Source: Alphaproteobacteria bacterium (GTDB lineage Bacteria > Pseudomonadota > Alphaproteobacteria > Bin95). Taken from it: a stretch of 64,000 nucleotides of DNA. The stretch covers positions 480,001 to 544,000 of the forward strand of contig CAXXWS020000003.1 of assembly GCA_963665325.3 (NCBI GenBank), in the 5' to 3' direction. A program made the translations under genes and the position numbers. This document shows, piece by piece, positions 47,861 to 57,928 of this stretch. A model generated the notes under the pieces. The model made no database searches and was not told where the DNA came from. It saw nothing but the letters and a program-made list of their open reading frames with translations. Positions within the stretch are counted from its first letter, which is position 1, and each line of letters starts with the position of its first letter.

Positions 47861-48922
47861 GTGAAATTCGGCTGGCTGACGCTTTCGGCCTCGCCGGCGC
47901 CGGAAGCCGACCGGGAGCGTATCGCCGACCAGATCGCGCTCGTGGAGGCCGCGGAGGCGGCGGGCTTCTCCGATGTCTGGCTGACCGAGCATTATTTCAC
48001 CGGCGAGAGCGTCTATTGCGACGCGCTTACCTTCGCCGCCGCGCTTGCCATGCGCACGACGCGCTTGCGCATCGGCTTCGCCGTGGTGCAGGCGCCGTTC
48101 CACCATCCGGTGCGGCTTGCCACACAGCTCTCCCTGCTCGACAACCTCTCCGGCGGGCGCATCGACATCGGCATCGGCAAGGGCACGGTCTACAACGAAT
48201 ACGAGTTCATCGGCTACGGCCTGCGCAGCGGCGATTCCCGCGCGCGCATGGCCGAGACCGTCTCCATCCTCGAGCGGGTGTGGACCGAGGCGCCGTTCCG
48301 CCACAAGGGCGCGTTCCACGAGTTCGAGATGCCGGAGCTTCGCCCGCGGCCGGTGCAGCAGCCGGGGCCGCCGCTCTGGCGCTCGGCGATCTCGCCCGCG
48401 TCGTTCCGGGAATGCGGCGAGGCCGGGCTGCCGCTGCTGACCACGCGCCTGCCGCTGGAGGGAATCCCGGCGCGCTGGAAACTCTACGGCGAGGGGCTGG
48501 AGGCCGGCGGCCATGCGCCTGCAAAGCGCGCCCGCCTGCTGGGCGACGCGGCGGTCTGGCGCAATGTCTATGTGGCGGGTTCGGACGCCGAGGCCGAAGA
48601 CCGGCTGTACGAACATCTGGTGGCGACCCGCGCCCATATCATGCATCTGCGCGCGGCGCTCAACCCGCCGGATTTCGAGATCGACCCGGCCATGCTCAAC
48701 GCGATGAGCGACCCCTCGGTCTCCGACGGCGAGGCCGTCGCTCAGGCGATGGATACCGGCTCGATCTGGGGCTCGCCCGCCCGGGTGCGCGAGCAGGTGG
48801 CGGCCCTCGGCGATGCCGGCGTCGGCCATCTGCTGTGCCAGACCGCGTTTGGCGCCATGGAGCGCGAGGAGGCGCTCGCCAACATGCGCGCCTTCTCCGA
48901 GGCGGTGATCTCCCGGCCTTGA
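47861..48922 (+). CDS. LLM-class flavin-dependent oxidoreductase
   Basis: WLTEHYF, HHPVRLA..LDNLSGGRIDIGIG; GTG start inferred. Confidence 0.88.
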   Translation: MKFGWLTLSASPAPEADRERIADQIALVEAAEAAGFSDVWLTEHYFTGESVYCDALTFAAALAMRTTRLRIGFAVVQAPFHHPVRLATQLSLLDNLSGGRIDIGIGKGTVYNEYEFIGYGLRSGDSRARMAETVSILERVWTEAPFRHKGAFHEFEMPELRPRPVQQPGPPLWRSAISPASFRECGEAGLPLLTTRLPLEGIPARWKLYGEGLEAGGHAPAKRARLLGDAAVWRNVYVAGSDAEAEDRLYEHLVATRAHIMHLRAALNPPDFEIDPAMLNAMSDPSVSDGEAVAQAMDTGSIWGSPARVREQVAALGDAGVGHLLCQTAFGAMEREEALANMRAFSEAVISRP

Positions 48923-48937
48923 GTCTGGCGCGAAGGC

Positions 48938-50179
48938 CTACTCGGCTGCGGCTGCGGGGGCTTTCAGGTCGGTCGAATATTTGATCGAGACCGGGGCTTC
49001 GGCCTCGAAGGGGCTCTTGAGGTCGAGCTCCTTCGCGATCTCGCGGATCGCCGGGAAGACCTCCGTGCCGATCATGCGGATGCAGGTCATCGAGTCCTCC
49101 TGGCTGACGGTCCCGTCATTGCCCCAGAGCGCCAGGATGCCGGGCCGCGTCTCCTCCAGGATGCGCCGCAGCTTCGGCACCACCGTGTCCGGCGTGCCGG
49201 CAATGATGCGCAGATCCTCCATCTGCTGCTCGAAGCTCGTCTGGCCGCGCGGATTGGCCCGGCGCCCGGCGGCGAACTCCACGAAAGCGCGGCGGTTGCG
49301 CGGCGAGGAATAGCCGGACGGCGTTGACCAGACGGGGTGTGCCAGGCCCGTGAACTCGCCCTGCATCCAGCGGAACTGGCGCGCGTTCTCGATCGCCTTC
49401 TCCTCATTGTCCGAGACATGCACCTGGATCAGGTAGCCCCGGTTGTCCGGGCCGGCCTCGTAGCCGGCTTCCAGCGCCACTTCGTCATAGACGTCCCAGA
49501 TCTTCTTGGTGTCGGCGATGGAGGTGTTGAGCGCGATGTAGGGGTAGCGCTGCTGCGCCGCCCACACGATGGTCTCGCGGCTGATCACGCCCGGCACCCA
49601 GACGCGCGGATAGGGCTTCTGCAGCGGCACCGCCCAGGGGTTCACCACCCGGTTCTGGTAGTGCTTGCCCTCGAAGCGGAACGGACCGGTTTCGGTCCAT
49701 GCGCGGACGACGAGGTCGTGCGCCTCCTCGAAGCGCTCGCGGTTGTAGGCGGGGTTGACGCCGGCGGCGAGCTGCTCCTGGCCGCCGCCGCGCACGAAGC
49801 CGGAGACGAGGCGGCCCTTCGAGATCATGTCGATCATCGCCAGCTCTTCCGCCAGCCGGACCGGGTTCTCCGACAGCGGCAGCGGGTTGCCGAGCATGAC
49901 GATCTTCACCTTCTCGGTCATGCCCGCCAGGATCGCCGCGAAGATATTGGCCTTGGCCTGCATGCAGAACGGCGCATTGTGGTGCTCGTTCAGCATGATG
50001 CCATCCACGCCGACTTCCTCGGCGTAGAGATATTGCTCCAGGAACTCGTTGTAGAGCCGGCTGCCGTCCACCGGGTCGAAATAGCGGTTGGAGAACATCA
50101 GCGCCGTCGCGCCGAACTCCAGGCCCTTGTCCGCCGGGTAGGTGGCCATGGGCTGCTCGGTGAAATACATGAGGTGCAT
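48938..50179 (-). CDS. LLM-class flavin-dependent oxidoreductase
   Basis: LNEHH, NPVRLAEELAMIDMISKGRLVSGFVRG. Confidence 0.9.
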   Translation of the reverse strand: MHLMYFTEQPMATYPADKGLEFGATALMFSNRYFDPVDGSRLYNEFLEQYLYAEEVGVDGIMLNEHHNAPFCMQAKANIFAAILAGMTEKVKIVMLGNPLPLSENPVRLAEELAMIDMISKGRLVSGFVRGGGQEQLAAGVNPAYNRERFEEAHDLVVRAWTETGPFRFEGKHYQNRVVNPWAVPLQKPYPRVWVPGVISRETIVWAAQQRYPYIALNTSIADTKKIWDVYDEVALEAGYEAGPDNRGYLIQVHVSDNEEKAIENARQFRWMQGEFTGLAHPVWSTPSGYSSPRNRRAFVEFAAGRRANPRGQTSFEQQMEDLRIIAGTPDTVVPKLRRILEETRPGILALWGNDGTVSQEDSMTCIRMIGTEVFPAIREIAKELDLKSPFEAEAPVSIKYSTDLKAPAAAAE

Positions 50180-50185
50180 CGGTCG

Positions 50186-50974
50186 TTACTCCCCGATGAA
50201 GTCCTGAACGAGCCGCGCCAGCGCGTCCGGGCGCTCCAGCGCGACGGCATGGCCGCAATCCGCGACGGTTTCGAGCCGGGCGTTCGGCAGGGCGGCGGCA
50301 TACTGTTCCGCGCAGTCCGCAGGCACCACCTCGTCATCCGCACCGTGCACGACCAGCGCCGGCGCGGTGACGCTGCCCAGCAGCGGCGCGAGCGTCTGGC
50401 TGTACATGTAGGGCTTCCAGGCGATGCGGAAGCACATCTCGCGGCAGATGTCCCAAGCCTCCAGCTGGTCGGTCGTGGGCTCGCGCCCATAGACGGCGTC
50501 GAAGGCGGCGGGATCCTTGAAGAACGCCTCGGCGTAGTCGATATAGCCGATCAGCGCCTGGTCGAGGATGAAGCCCTCGCGCGGCTGGAGGCCCATGGCG
50601 CCGACCAGCACCAGCCGGTCCACGTCCGCGGGCGCCATGCTCGCCATCTCGGCCGCCACCCAGCCGCCGAAGCCGAGCCCGACCAGGCTCGCGCGCCCGA
50701 TTCCGAGCCCGGCGAGCAGGCCGCGATAGAGCACGGCCAGGTCGCGCACGCTGCGCATCCACTCCGCCCGCTCGCTGCCGAGGCCGAAACCGGGGTGGAC
50801 CGGCATCAGCACGTCATGTGCGCCCGAAAGCGCCTGGGCGAAGTCCGCGCGGTCGGGGCAGCCGATATCGTGGTGCAGGATCACGACCGGGCTGCCCGTG
50901 CCGCACCGGCAATAGCGCACCGGCACCCCCGCCACGCTCGTTTCCCGCCAATTGTCACCGCAACCCCCGGCCAT
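50186..50974 (-). CDS. Alpha/beta hydrolase-fold protein (nucleophile elbow reads GLGFGG)
   Basis: HPGFG.S, LVGLGFGGWVA, HGADD, CGH. Confidence 0.85.
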   Translation of the reverse strand: MAGGCGDNWRETSVAGVPVRYCRCGTGSPVVILHHDIGCPDRADFAQALSGAHDVLMPVHPGFGLGSERAEWMRSVRDLAVLYRGLLAGLGIGRASLVGLGFGGWVAAEMASMAPADVDRLVLVGAMGLQPREGFILDQALIGYIDYAEAFFKDPAAFDAVYGREPTTDQLEAWDICREMCFRIAWKPYMYSQTLAPLLGSVTAPALVVHGADDEVVPADCAEQYAAALPNARLETVADCGHAVALERPDALARLVQDFIGE

Positions 50975-51047
50975 CCGGCTTCCCCCTCTCTCGCGACTTG
51001 AGTGCAAAGCTAACACGCCCGGCAGGGCCAGCAAGCGGCAATAGCGG

Positions 51048-52118
51048 CTACATTCCGGCGGACTGCAATCGTTCCAGCGCGATGCCCAACACGCGGTCGT
51101 CGAAAATCCTGCGCTTGCGCTGTCCCCACTCGGGCCCGGCCGGCCATGCGGCAATGGCGTCCGCGATTGCAGGAACCTCCGGGGCGCAGCCTTCCCGATG
51201 CAGGAGCCAATCGACCGTGGCCAGCAATTCCATGCCGAAGGGTGACTGAAAACCGTCTATCAACTCGTCGGTCTTCTCGACAACCGCCCCGTAGCCGTTT
51301 GTCTCAGATGTTCGGAGAAATGCTTCGACTCGGTCGGAACGGTCGTAACGGCACCGCACGACATCGAAGGGCTTGGCGTCCGGGATACGGACGTCGGAAT
51401 GGAGATAGCTGCCGTCCAGCCCGTCAAGCAGATGCGTCAGCCGGTGCGAATAAGGACCGTAGCGCCCGGCTTCGAATCGCAATTCCATGCAGTCGTGCAG
51501 CTCCATGACGGCTGCGGACCGCTCGGCGAACCAGGCAAGCTTCTGCATTTCAAGCAGGCTGCATTCGAAGCCCAGCACCTCGTACCGGCGCAACAGGCCG
51601 GCCATAGTAGCTCGCGCCGGAGTGAGCGTTTCGACACCGGCGCGCTTGCTCACATTGCGGTATTCGTCCGTCGGCTCGAAGACAATGACCCGGACGCCCT
51701 CAAGTTCGCCAAGATGCTCGTCGATGCGCGGCCGCACGTCATTCCAGTCAAGCCCGCCATTGCCGGCTCCGAGAGGCGGCAGGGCGATGGAACGGACACC
51801 CTCCTCCCGCACCAGCGTGGCCAATTCCGCAAGGCCGCTCTCGATCCACTCCATGCGCGACTTGCCGCGCCAGTGGTCCTTGGTCGCGAAGTTCACGATC
51901 AACCGGGGGCCGACCAACTCGTTTGTGCGATGAACGAACAGGCCGCCGGGCCGGAGTTCGCCGGCCTTGCACGCTGCCCGGTACGAGCGGTAGTTCTCCG
52001 GGAACGCCTCGCGAAACATCAGCGCGACGCCCTTGCCCATCACACCGACACAGTTGACGGTGTTGACCAGCGCCTCGGCTTCGGCGTCGAGGAGATTCCC
52101 CGTCCCGCTTTCGATCAC
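51048..52118 (-). CDS. darG: DarG-like macrodomain DNA ADP-ribosyl glycohydrolase
   Basis: EALVNTVNCVGVMGKGVA, NFATKDHWR, PPLGAGNGGLDW, C-terminal QKLAWF, YGPYS, GFQSPFGMELLATVDW. Confidence 0.88.
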   Translation of the reverse strand: MIESGTGNLLDAEAEALVNTVNCVGVMGKGVALMFREAFPENYRSYRAACKAGELRPGGLFVHRTNELVGPRLIVNFATKDHWRGKSRMEWIESGLAELATLVREEGVRSIALPPLGAGNGGLDWNDVRPRIDEHLGELEGVRVIVFEPTDEYRNVSKRAGVETLTPARATMAGLLRRYEVLGFECSLLEMQKLAWFAERSAAVMELHDCMELRFEAGRYGPYSHRLTHLLDGLDGSYLHSDVRIPDAKPFDVVRCRYDRSDRVEAFLRTSETNGYGAVVEKTDELIDGFQSPFGMELLATVDWLLHREGCAPEVPAIADAIAAWPAGPEWGQRKRRIFDDRVLGIALERLQSAGM

Positions 52119-52152
52119 AGGAAGCCTTGAGAAAGCTGTTCCATGTTATATC

Positions 52153-52953
52153 TCACTCCTCTCCCAAGTTTTGCGGGTGTTTGATCTCCAATCCAAGTAT
52201 TATCGCCAATTGATCCAACGCATATATATCGGTCAAGAACCACTCCTGTCCAGCACCGCGCTCATTCGGTCTCTTGTTCCTGAAGTGGCCGAACTTAATC
52301 AAGGTTTCATGGAATTGTTCCTCGATGGTCCCCCACTTATCTTTAGAATTTTCAAAATCATCTCGACCATAAATTCTTAGCAGAACTGGTATTTCAGGAA
52401 GTCCCGTTACATTTTGCTCCGCAGCTCTCTTTTTTGCATCTACATTGCTTTTGCCAACCTTCAACAAGGTCCGATTACTTTCTCGATCATCATCAGATAC
52501 TCGGACCGGATATTTTTGATAGTGAGGAAGAGTATATACGTATATCCCGGGAATCGTCAGCTCTTCCGCCTTCGCAGTTTCATCTTCCTGTTGAGCTTGC
52601 TCTTGCTCAATCTTTGTTTGATTCCTTGCAATTTCATGACATTTATTCCATAAAGATTCCAAATAGTATTTCGCTTCATGATTTAGTGTTTTCTCATGCA
52701 TGTCCAAAAATCCCCTAATTCTACCGCGAACAATTAAGGCAATTGATGGGCTTCCCGGAATTTTCTCCTCTTCAATTGCACTCAATGTCCTCAATATATC
52801 ATAGACTGTTCCTACACTAATGCCTAGTTGATCTGCTAATTGTGCTGCTCTAATCGTTTGGTCATTCTTTCTCAATTTCCAAAGTTTCTCGACGAAGTGA
52901 GCCTGTGTGTTCAAGCACTCTTCAATGTTTCGTCTGATGGCCTCATTAAGCAT
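52153..52953 (-). CDS. HTH + GIY-YIG/T5orf172-like nuclease, low GC
   Basis: AQLADQLGISVGTVYDIL (HTH); GIYVYT..LLKVGKS..RAAEQ..TGLPE..IEEQFH..GQEWF; markedly AT-rich. Confidence 0.75.
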   Translation of the reverse strand: MLNEAIRRNIEECLNTQAHFVEKLWKLRKNDQTIRAAQLADQLGISVGTVYDILRTLSAIEEEKIPGSPSIALIVRGRIRGFLDMHEKTLNHEAKYYLESLWNKCHEIARNQTKIEQEQAQQEDETAKAEELTIPGIYVYTLPHYQKYPVRVSDDDRESNRTLLKVGKSNVDAKKRAAEQNVTGLPEIPVLLRIYGRDDFENSKDKWGTIEEQFHETLIKFGHFRNKRPNERGAGQEWFLTDIYALDQLAIILGLEIKHPQNLGEE

Positions 52954-53014
52954 CGCGAACGATTCCTTACCAGTCTTGCGGCACTTCAACGGCGAATAAC
53001 GTACACCCCCGCAC

Positions 53015-54751
53015 TCATGCAATCCTGTCGCCCTGTTCGATCTTGGGGGTGGCAGTTCGGTTGTCCATGCCGGGGAGCATCTGGGCGGGGTCTCGGGTGA
53101 CGACGACATCGACGACGCTCGGGCGGTCGCGTTCGGCGATGGCCTCGGCGAAGGCGGCGTCGAGGTCGGCCGGGTCCTCGACGCGCACGCCGTGGCAGCC
53201 GAGCGCGCGCGCCGCCTCGGCATAGTTCGTTTCGGAAAGGTCGGAGGACTGGTAGCGCGCGCCGTACATGGCGTGCTGGAGCGCCTTCACATAGCCCGAC
53301 GCGGCATTGTTGACGACCGCGACCGTGACGCCGAGGCCGAGGCGGCGTGCGGTCTCGATCTCGCCGAGGGTCATGTTGAAGCCGCCGTCGCCGGAGAGCG
53401 CGACCACCGGCCGGTCGCCGGCGGCGAGCGCCGCGCCCATGCCGCCCGGCAGGCCGTAGCCGATGGAGGCGAAGCCGCGGTCGGCGATATAGGTGCGGCC
53501 CGCCTGCCGCGTGTCATAGAGCAGTCCCGTCCAGTGGCCGGCGAAGCCGCCGTCGGCGACCAGAATGCCGTCGTCGGGGAGCGCGGTGCGGATGGCGTGG
53601 ACCAGCCGGGCCATGTTGACCGGGCTTTCCGCGCTCTCATAGCGCGCGCGGGCTTCCTCGCGCCAGGCGGCATGGCGGCGGGCGGCCTCGCCGGTCCAGG
53701 CGCTGCGGTCGATGCGCGCGTCGCAGGCCGCCGCCAGATCGTCGAGACCGGCCGCGGCATCCCCCCATAGGCCGACATGCGTGCGCGCCGCGCGCCCGAT
53801 CTCGCCCGCCTCGATTTCCAGGTGGATGAGCGGGATATGCGCGGGCGGCAGCGTGTAGCGCTTCGTTGCGATCTCGCCGAGCTTGCAGCCGACCGCGACG
53901 ATGGCGTCGGCCTCGTCGATCAGGCCGTTGGCGATGCGGTCATAGCGCCCGAACAGGCCCATGGAGAGCGGGTGCGTGCAGGCGAGCGCGCCCTTGCCGG
54001 ACATGGTGTGTGCGACCGGCACGCCGTGCGTCTCGGCGAAATGCCGGAGCGCCTCCCAGGCCTCGGAGAGGTGGATGCCGCCGCCGGCGAGCAGCAAGGG
54101 CCGCTCGGCACGGTCGAGGATTGCCGCCGCTCGCTCCACCGCGGCCGCGTCGGGGCGGCAGCGAAGCGAGGGGATGCGCTTGCACGCCTCGTCCACATGG
54201 AGCGCTTCCTCGCGGAAATCGAACTCGCCATGCGCGATGTCTTCCGGCACGTCGAGGATAACCGGGCCCGGCCGGCCGCTCGTCGCCACCGCAAAGGCGC
54301 GCCGCACATGCTCCGGGATGCGCTCGCCCACCTCGACCCGGATCACCTCCTTCACCGCCGGTGCCAGCATCTCGATCTGGCGGGTCTCCTGGGTCATGTT
54401 CTTCCAGGCATGCGTCCGGTTGGCGTCGCCCACGACCGCGATCATCGGCACGCCGGCATTCAGCGATTCCACAAGCCCGGTCAGCAGGTTGGTCGCGCCG
54501 GGGCCGAGCGTCGCATCGACCACGCCCGGCCGCCCGGTCACGCGCGCCCAGGCGTCGGCGGCGAAGGCTCCGCAGCGCTCGTCGTTGATGAGCGTGTGGG
54601 TCATGCCGAGTTCGCGCACGCCGTCATAGAAGGGCAAAAGCTGGAAGCCCGCCATGCCCCAGATCGGCGCGCCTCCGTATGCGTTCAGCATCTCGGCGAC
54701 GGCACGGCCTCCGTTCATTCGCCGCGTCGGGTCGTTGCGCCGGTCGGTCAT
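53015..54751 (-). CDS. Thiamine pyrophosphate-dependent enzyme (acetolactate synthase-like)
   Basis: DERCGAFAAD, GPGATN, SGRPGPV, SIGYGLP, GDGGFNM..NN. Confidence 0.92.
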   Translation of the reverse strand: MTDRRNDPTRRMNGGRAVAEMLNAYGGAPIWGMAGFQLLPFYDGVRELGMTHTLINDERCGAFAADAWARVTGRPGVVDATLGPGATNLLTGLVESLNAGVPMIAVVGDANRTHAWKNMTQETRQIEMLAPAVKEVIRVEVGERIPEHVRRAFAVATSGRPGPVILDVPEDIAHGEFDFREEALHVDEACKRIPSLRCRPDAAAVERAAAILDRAERPLLLAGGGIHLSEAWEALRHFAETHGVPVAHTMSGKGALACTHPLSMGLFGRYDRIANGLIDEADAIVAVGCKLGEIATKRYTLPPAHIPLIHLEIEAGEIGRAARTHVGLWGDAAAGLDDLAAACDARIDRSAWTGEAARRHAAWREEARARYESAESPVNMARLVHAIRTALPDDGILVADGGFAGHWTGLLYDTRQAGRTYIADRGFASIGYGLPGGMGAALAAGDRPVVALSGDGGFNMTLGEIETARRLGLGVTVAVVNNAASGYVKALQHAMYGARYQSSDLSETNYAEAARALGCHGVRVEDPADLDAAFAEAIAERDRPSVVDVVVTRDPAQMLPGMDNRTATPKIEQGDRIA

Positions 54752-55518
54752 GCGAAAAGCTCCGCGAATTCGGGAAGGGTCATGCCGGGCGCAGCACCCG
54801 CGGCGCGGGCCAGGCTGTTGGCGGCGGAAATCCGCCCGGTGTTCCAGAGCGAGCGGGCGTCGCCGATGCGCGCGGTCTCGCCCGCCACGGCCGCGGCCGG
54901 CACGCCCATATCCGCGCAGGGCTCCAGCCGGCCGATGCCGGCCTCGTCGCAGCCCATGCCGGCATCGTGGCAGACGACGGCCCGCACGACATGGTGGATG
55001 ACATAGCCTGGATTGCCGGGTAGCAGCGCGCCGTGGCTTCCGGAGACGACAACCATGTCGCCGTCCGAGGCTTGCAGCAGCGACAGCGAGTCGAGGCCGA
55101 CCACCCCCGGAGCAAGCTCCATTCTCGCCTCCTCCTGCGGCGGCAGGCTGCCCGAAGGCTCCGGGGCCTCCGCAAGCAGAGCGCCCGCTTCCGCCGCGCC
55201 CATGCCGATGCGGCAGCCGGCGCGGGAGGCGGCGTCGTTGACGGCGGAAAGCACGCCTCGCCGGGCCATGTCGGCGCCGTCGCCGATGCGCGCGCTCATA
55301 TAGTCGATGGCGGCCGCCGCCATGCCGATCGTGTCCAGCAGGGCCAGCGCCCCGACACCCGCCCGGTCCAGCCCGAAGCCCGCGTCGTTCAGCATCACGG
55401 CCCGCAGCCCCGCCTTTGCCGCCACGCCGGCGCAGTAGGCTCCGCCATGGCTGCCGGCCAGCACCACGCGGCCGCGATGGGCGGGTTCGACATGCGTGAT
55501 CGAGTCGATGACGATCAT
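54748..55518 (-). CDS. Hypothetical protein with two tandem homologous domains
   Basis: DSI..GSHGG..NDAG..ARIGDG repeated as DSL..GSHGA..HDAG..ARIGDA. Confidence 0.75.
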   Translation of the reverse strand: MIVIDSITHVEPAHRGRVVLAGSHGGAYCAGVAAKAGLRAVMLNDAGFGLDRAGVGALALLDTIGMAAAAIDYMSARIGDGADMARRGVLSAVNDAASRAGCRIGMGAAEAGALLAEAPEPSGSLPPQEEARMELAPGVVGLDSLSLLQASDGDMVVVSGSHGALLPGNPGYVIHHVVRAVVCHDAGMGCDEAGIGRLEPCADMGVPAAAVAGETARIGDARSLWNTGRISAANSLARAAGAAPGMTLPEFAELFA

Positions 55519-55541
55519 GGGGTCCCTCGCAGGCTGGCGGT

Positions 55542-56966
55542 TCAGGCGGTGAAGACGGGCTTGTCGCCGGGGGCGGGGGTGCCGGAGAAGGCGCCGGTGC
55601 GCATCACGGCCATGCGGCCGCCGTAAGACTCGACCAGCGCATCCTGGCTTGCCCGCGCGCGGCGGTGGACCTCGTCCGGGTCGCAGACCTCGCGCATGGC
55701 CGCCGTCAAGCGGGCGACCGTCTCCGGTTCGCTTGCAGCGAGGTTCCGGCGCTCCTCCGGGTCGGCCTCCAGGTCGAACAGTTCCGGCTCGAAGCCGGTG
55801 TAGCGGATGAGCTTCCACCGGCCCTGCCGCAGCATGAAGCAGCCAGACGCGGCGCCGGCCGCGTGGTACTCGCTGAACACGGCGCGTTCCGGCTCGTCGC
55901 CGAGCGTCCAGAGCGATCTGCCGGGGAGCGCGGGGTCGGGATCGAGGCCCGCGCATTCGAGGATCGCCGGATGGCAGTCCAGCAGCGAAGCCGGCGTGTT
56001 GCTGACCCGGCCGGCCGGCACGCCCGGTCCGGCGGCGATCAGCGGCACGCGGACCGCCTCCTCATACATGTTGGACTTGCCCCAGAGCCCGCGCACGCCG
56101 AGATTCTCGCCGTGGTCGCTGGTGTAGATCACGCGCGTGCTGCCGGCGAGCCCGGCATTCTCCAGCGCAGCGAGCACGCGGCCGATATTGTCGTCTAGGA
56201 AGGTGCACAGCCCGTAATAGGAGGCGATGGCGACCCGGCGCGCCTCATCATTGAAGAAACTGTCATAGGGCTGTGCCTCGGCATAGGCCTCGATCCAGGG
56301 ATGGCGCGGGCGGCGGCGATAGTCCTTCGGCAGCGGCATGTCGGCCGGGTCGTAGAGGGCGAAGAAGGGCTCCGGCGCGATCAGCGGGAAATGCGGGCAG
56401 ACGAAGGAGACGAACAGCGTCCAGGGGCCTTCCGCAGCCGGGGCTTCGTGCGCCAGCCAGCGCACCGCCTCGTCGGCAATCGCGCGGTCGTAGCGCGTAT
56501 AGCCGCTCTCGCCGGGGCCGATCTCGCGCGAAAACTTGGCCCCGCCGAAGCGGACCGGCATCGGGTCCTTGATGGCGCCATATACGTCGCCCTTGCCGTC
56601 CACCACGTGCATCGGGCGGATCTGGGTGTCGAAGCCGGTCGGGTCGGCCTCGTCGCGGTAATGCAGCTTGCCGATGGAGAGCACCGGGCGGCCCGCCGCC
56701 TGAAGCGCGTGGCCCCAGCCCGGCACGCTGCCGTCATAGGGGTGGCCGTTATCCCAGGCGCCGATCTCGTGGACATGGCGCCCGGTTGCGAAGGCGGCGC
56801 GGGCCGGCACGCAGATCGGCGAAGGGGTGTAGGCGCTGGAAAAGAGCGTGCCGCGCGCCGCCAGCGCGTCCAGGTGCGGCGTCTGCACGAAAGGGTGGCC
56901 GGAAACGCCCATGGCATTGGCGGAATGCTCGTCGGACATGATGAAGAGCAGGTTCTGAGGCTGCAT
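55542..56966 (-). CDS. Sulfatase (choline-sulfatase-like, Cys-type)
   Basis: NLLFIMSDEH, CVPAR, GKLH, SDHGE, WGKSNMYE. Confidence 0.93.
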   Translation of the reverse strand: MQPQNLLFIMSDEHSANAMGVSGHPFVQTPHLDALAARGTLFSSAYTPSPICVPARAAFATGRHVHEIGAWDNGHPYDGSVPGWGHALQAAGRPVLSIGKLHYRDEADPTGFDTQIRPMHVVDGKGDVYGAIKDPMPVRFGGAKFSREIGPGESGYTRYDRAIADEAVRWLAHEAPAAEGPWTLFVSFVCPHFPLIAPEPFFALYDPADMPLPKDYRRRPRHPWIEAYAEAQPYDSFFNDEARRVAIASYYGLCTFLDDNIGRVLAALENAGLAGSTRVIYTSDHGENLGVRGLWGKSNMYEEAVRVPLIAAGPGVPAGRVSNTPASLLDCHPAILECAGLDPDPALPGRSLWTLGDEPERAVFSEYHAAGAASGCFMLRQGRWKLIRYTGFEPELFDLEADPEERRNLAASEPETVARLTAAMREVCDPDEVHRRARASQDALVESYGGRMAVMRTGAFSGTPAPGDKPVFTA

Positions 56967-57109
56967 GGTGCGGCGTCTCTCCGCCCGGAGCGGGCGCGCG
57001 CGATTGAAGCCGATTGCCCCGCACTTTCCAAGACGGGCCTGCGCGCGGCCTGTCTTACTCTCCGGCGAAAGGATAGTCTGGCGCGGACCGGGGCGGGCAG
57101 GGGCAGCTA

Positions 57110-57892
57110 ATGGCCATATTCGGCAAGATCATGGGCGGTGTGCTTGGTTTTGCGCTCGGCGGGCCGCTGGGCGCGCTGCTCGGCGCGGCCGCCGGCCACG
57201 GCCTGATCGACCGGAACCGCAACCGCGCGGTCGAAGGCGGCAATGGGGCGCTGGAGGCCGACGCCGGGGTGGTGTTCGCGCTCGGCGTGATCGCGCTTTC
57301 CGCCAAGGTCGCGAAGGCGGACGGCACGGTCACGCGGGACGAAATCCGCACATTCCAGCGTATCTTCCCGTTCGACCCCGGCGAACGCGACCGGATTTCC
57401 GAGCTCTACAACGAGGCCCGGCGCAGCGCGGACGGCTACGAGGCCTATGCCGAGCAGGTGCGCGGCGCACTCGCCGGGAAGCCCGAACTGCTGGCCGAGG
57501 TGGTGGATGCGCTCTACGCCATCGCCGCGGCGGACGGCGAGCTGCATCCGGCGGAAGACGGCATGATCGCGCGCATCGGGGCGATCTTCGGGCTTAGCGA
57601 ATACGAGATGGCCTCGCTCCGGGCCCGCCATGCCCCCGGCTCGGGGGCCGGGGAAGGCGCCGCAGGCGACGGGGGCAGGGGCGCGGCGGATGCCTATGCC
57701 GTGCTCGGCGTGGAGCCCGGCGCCACGGACGACGAGCTGCGCACCGCACACCGCAAGCTCGTGCGCACCTACCATCCCGACCGTCTGGTCTCGAAGGGCC
57801 TGCCGGAGGAATTCATGACGCTCGCCAACGACCGCCTCGCCGCCATCAACGCCGCTTACGAGACGGTGCGGAAGGAGCGCCGGGCAAGTTGA
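57110..57892 (+). CDS. djlA: DjlA-like co-chaperone (TerB-like domain plus J domain)
   Basis: N-terminal Gly-rich TM, AKVAKADG.V, C-terminal YHPDRL..INAAYE. Confidence 0.85.
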   Translation: MAIFGKIMGGVLGFALGGPLGALLGAAAGHGLIDRNRNRAVEGGNGALEADAGVVFALGVIALSAKVAKADGTVTRDEIRTFQRIFPFDPGERDRISELYNEARRSADGYEAYAEQVRGALAGKPELLAEVVDALYAIAAADGELHPAEDGMIARIGAIFGLSEYEMASLRARHAPGSGAGEGAAGDGGRGAADAYAVLGVEPGATDDELRTAHRKLVRTYHPDRLVSKGLPEEFMTLANDRLAAINAAYETVRKERRAS

Positions 57893-57928
57893 CCCCGCAA
57901 GGCGGCTTTCGATGAGGTGTTGGAAGCG

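Noticed and set aside
52153-52953. darT toxin upstream of darG
   Set aside because: Lacks DarT ADP-ribosyltransferase motifs; looks like an HTH + GIY-YIG/T5orf172 protein.
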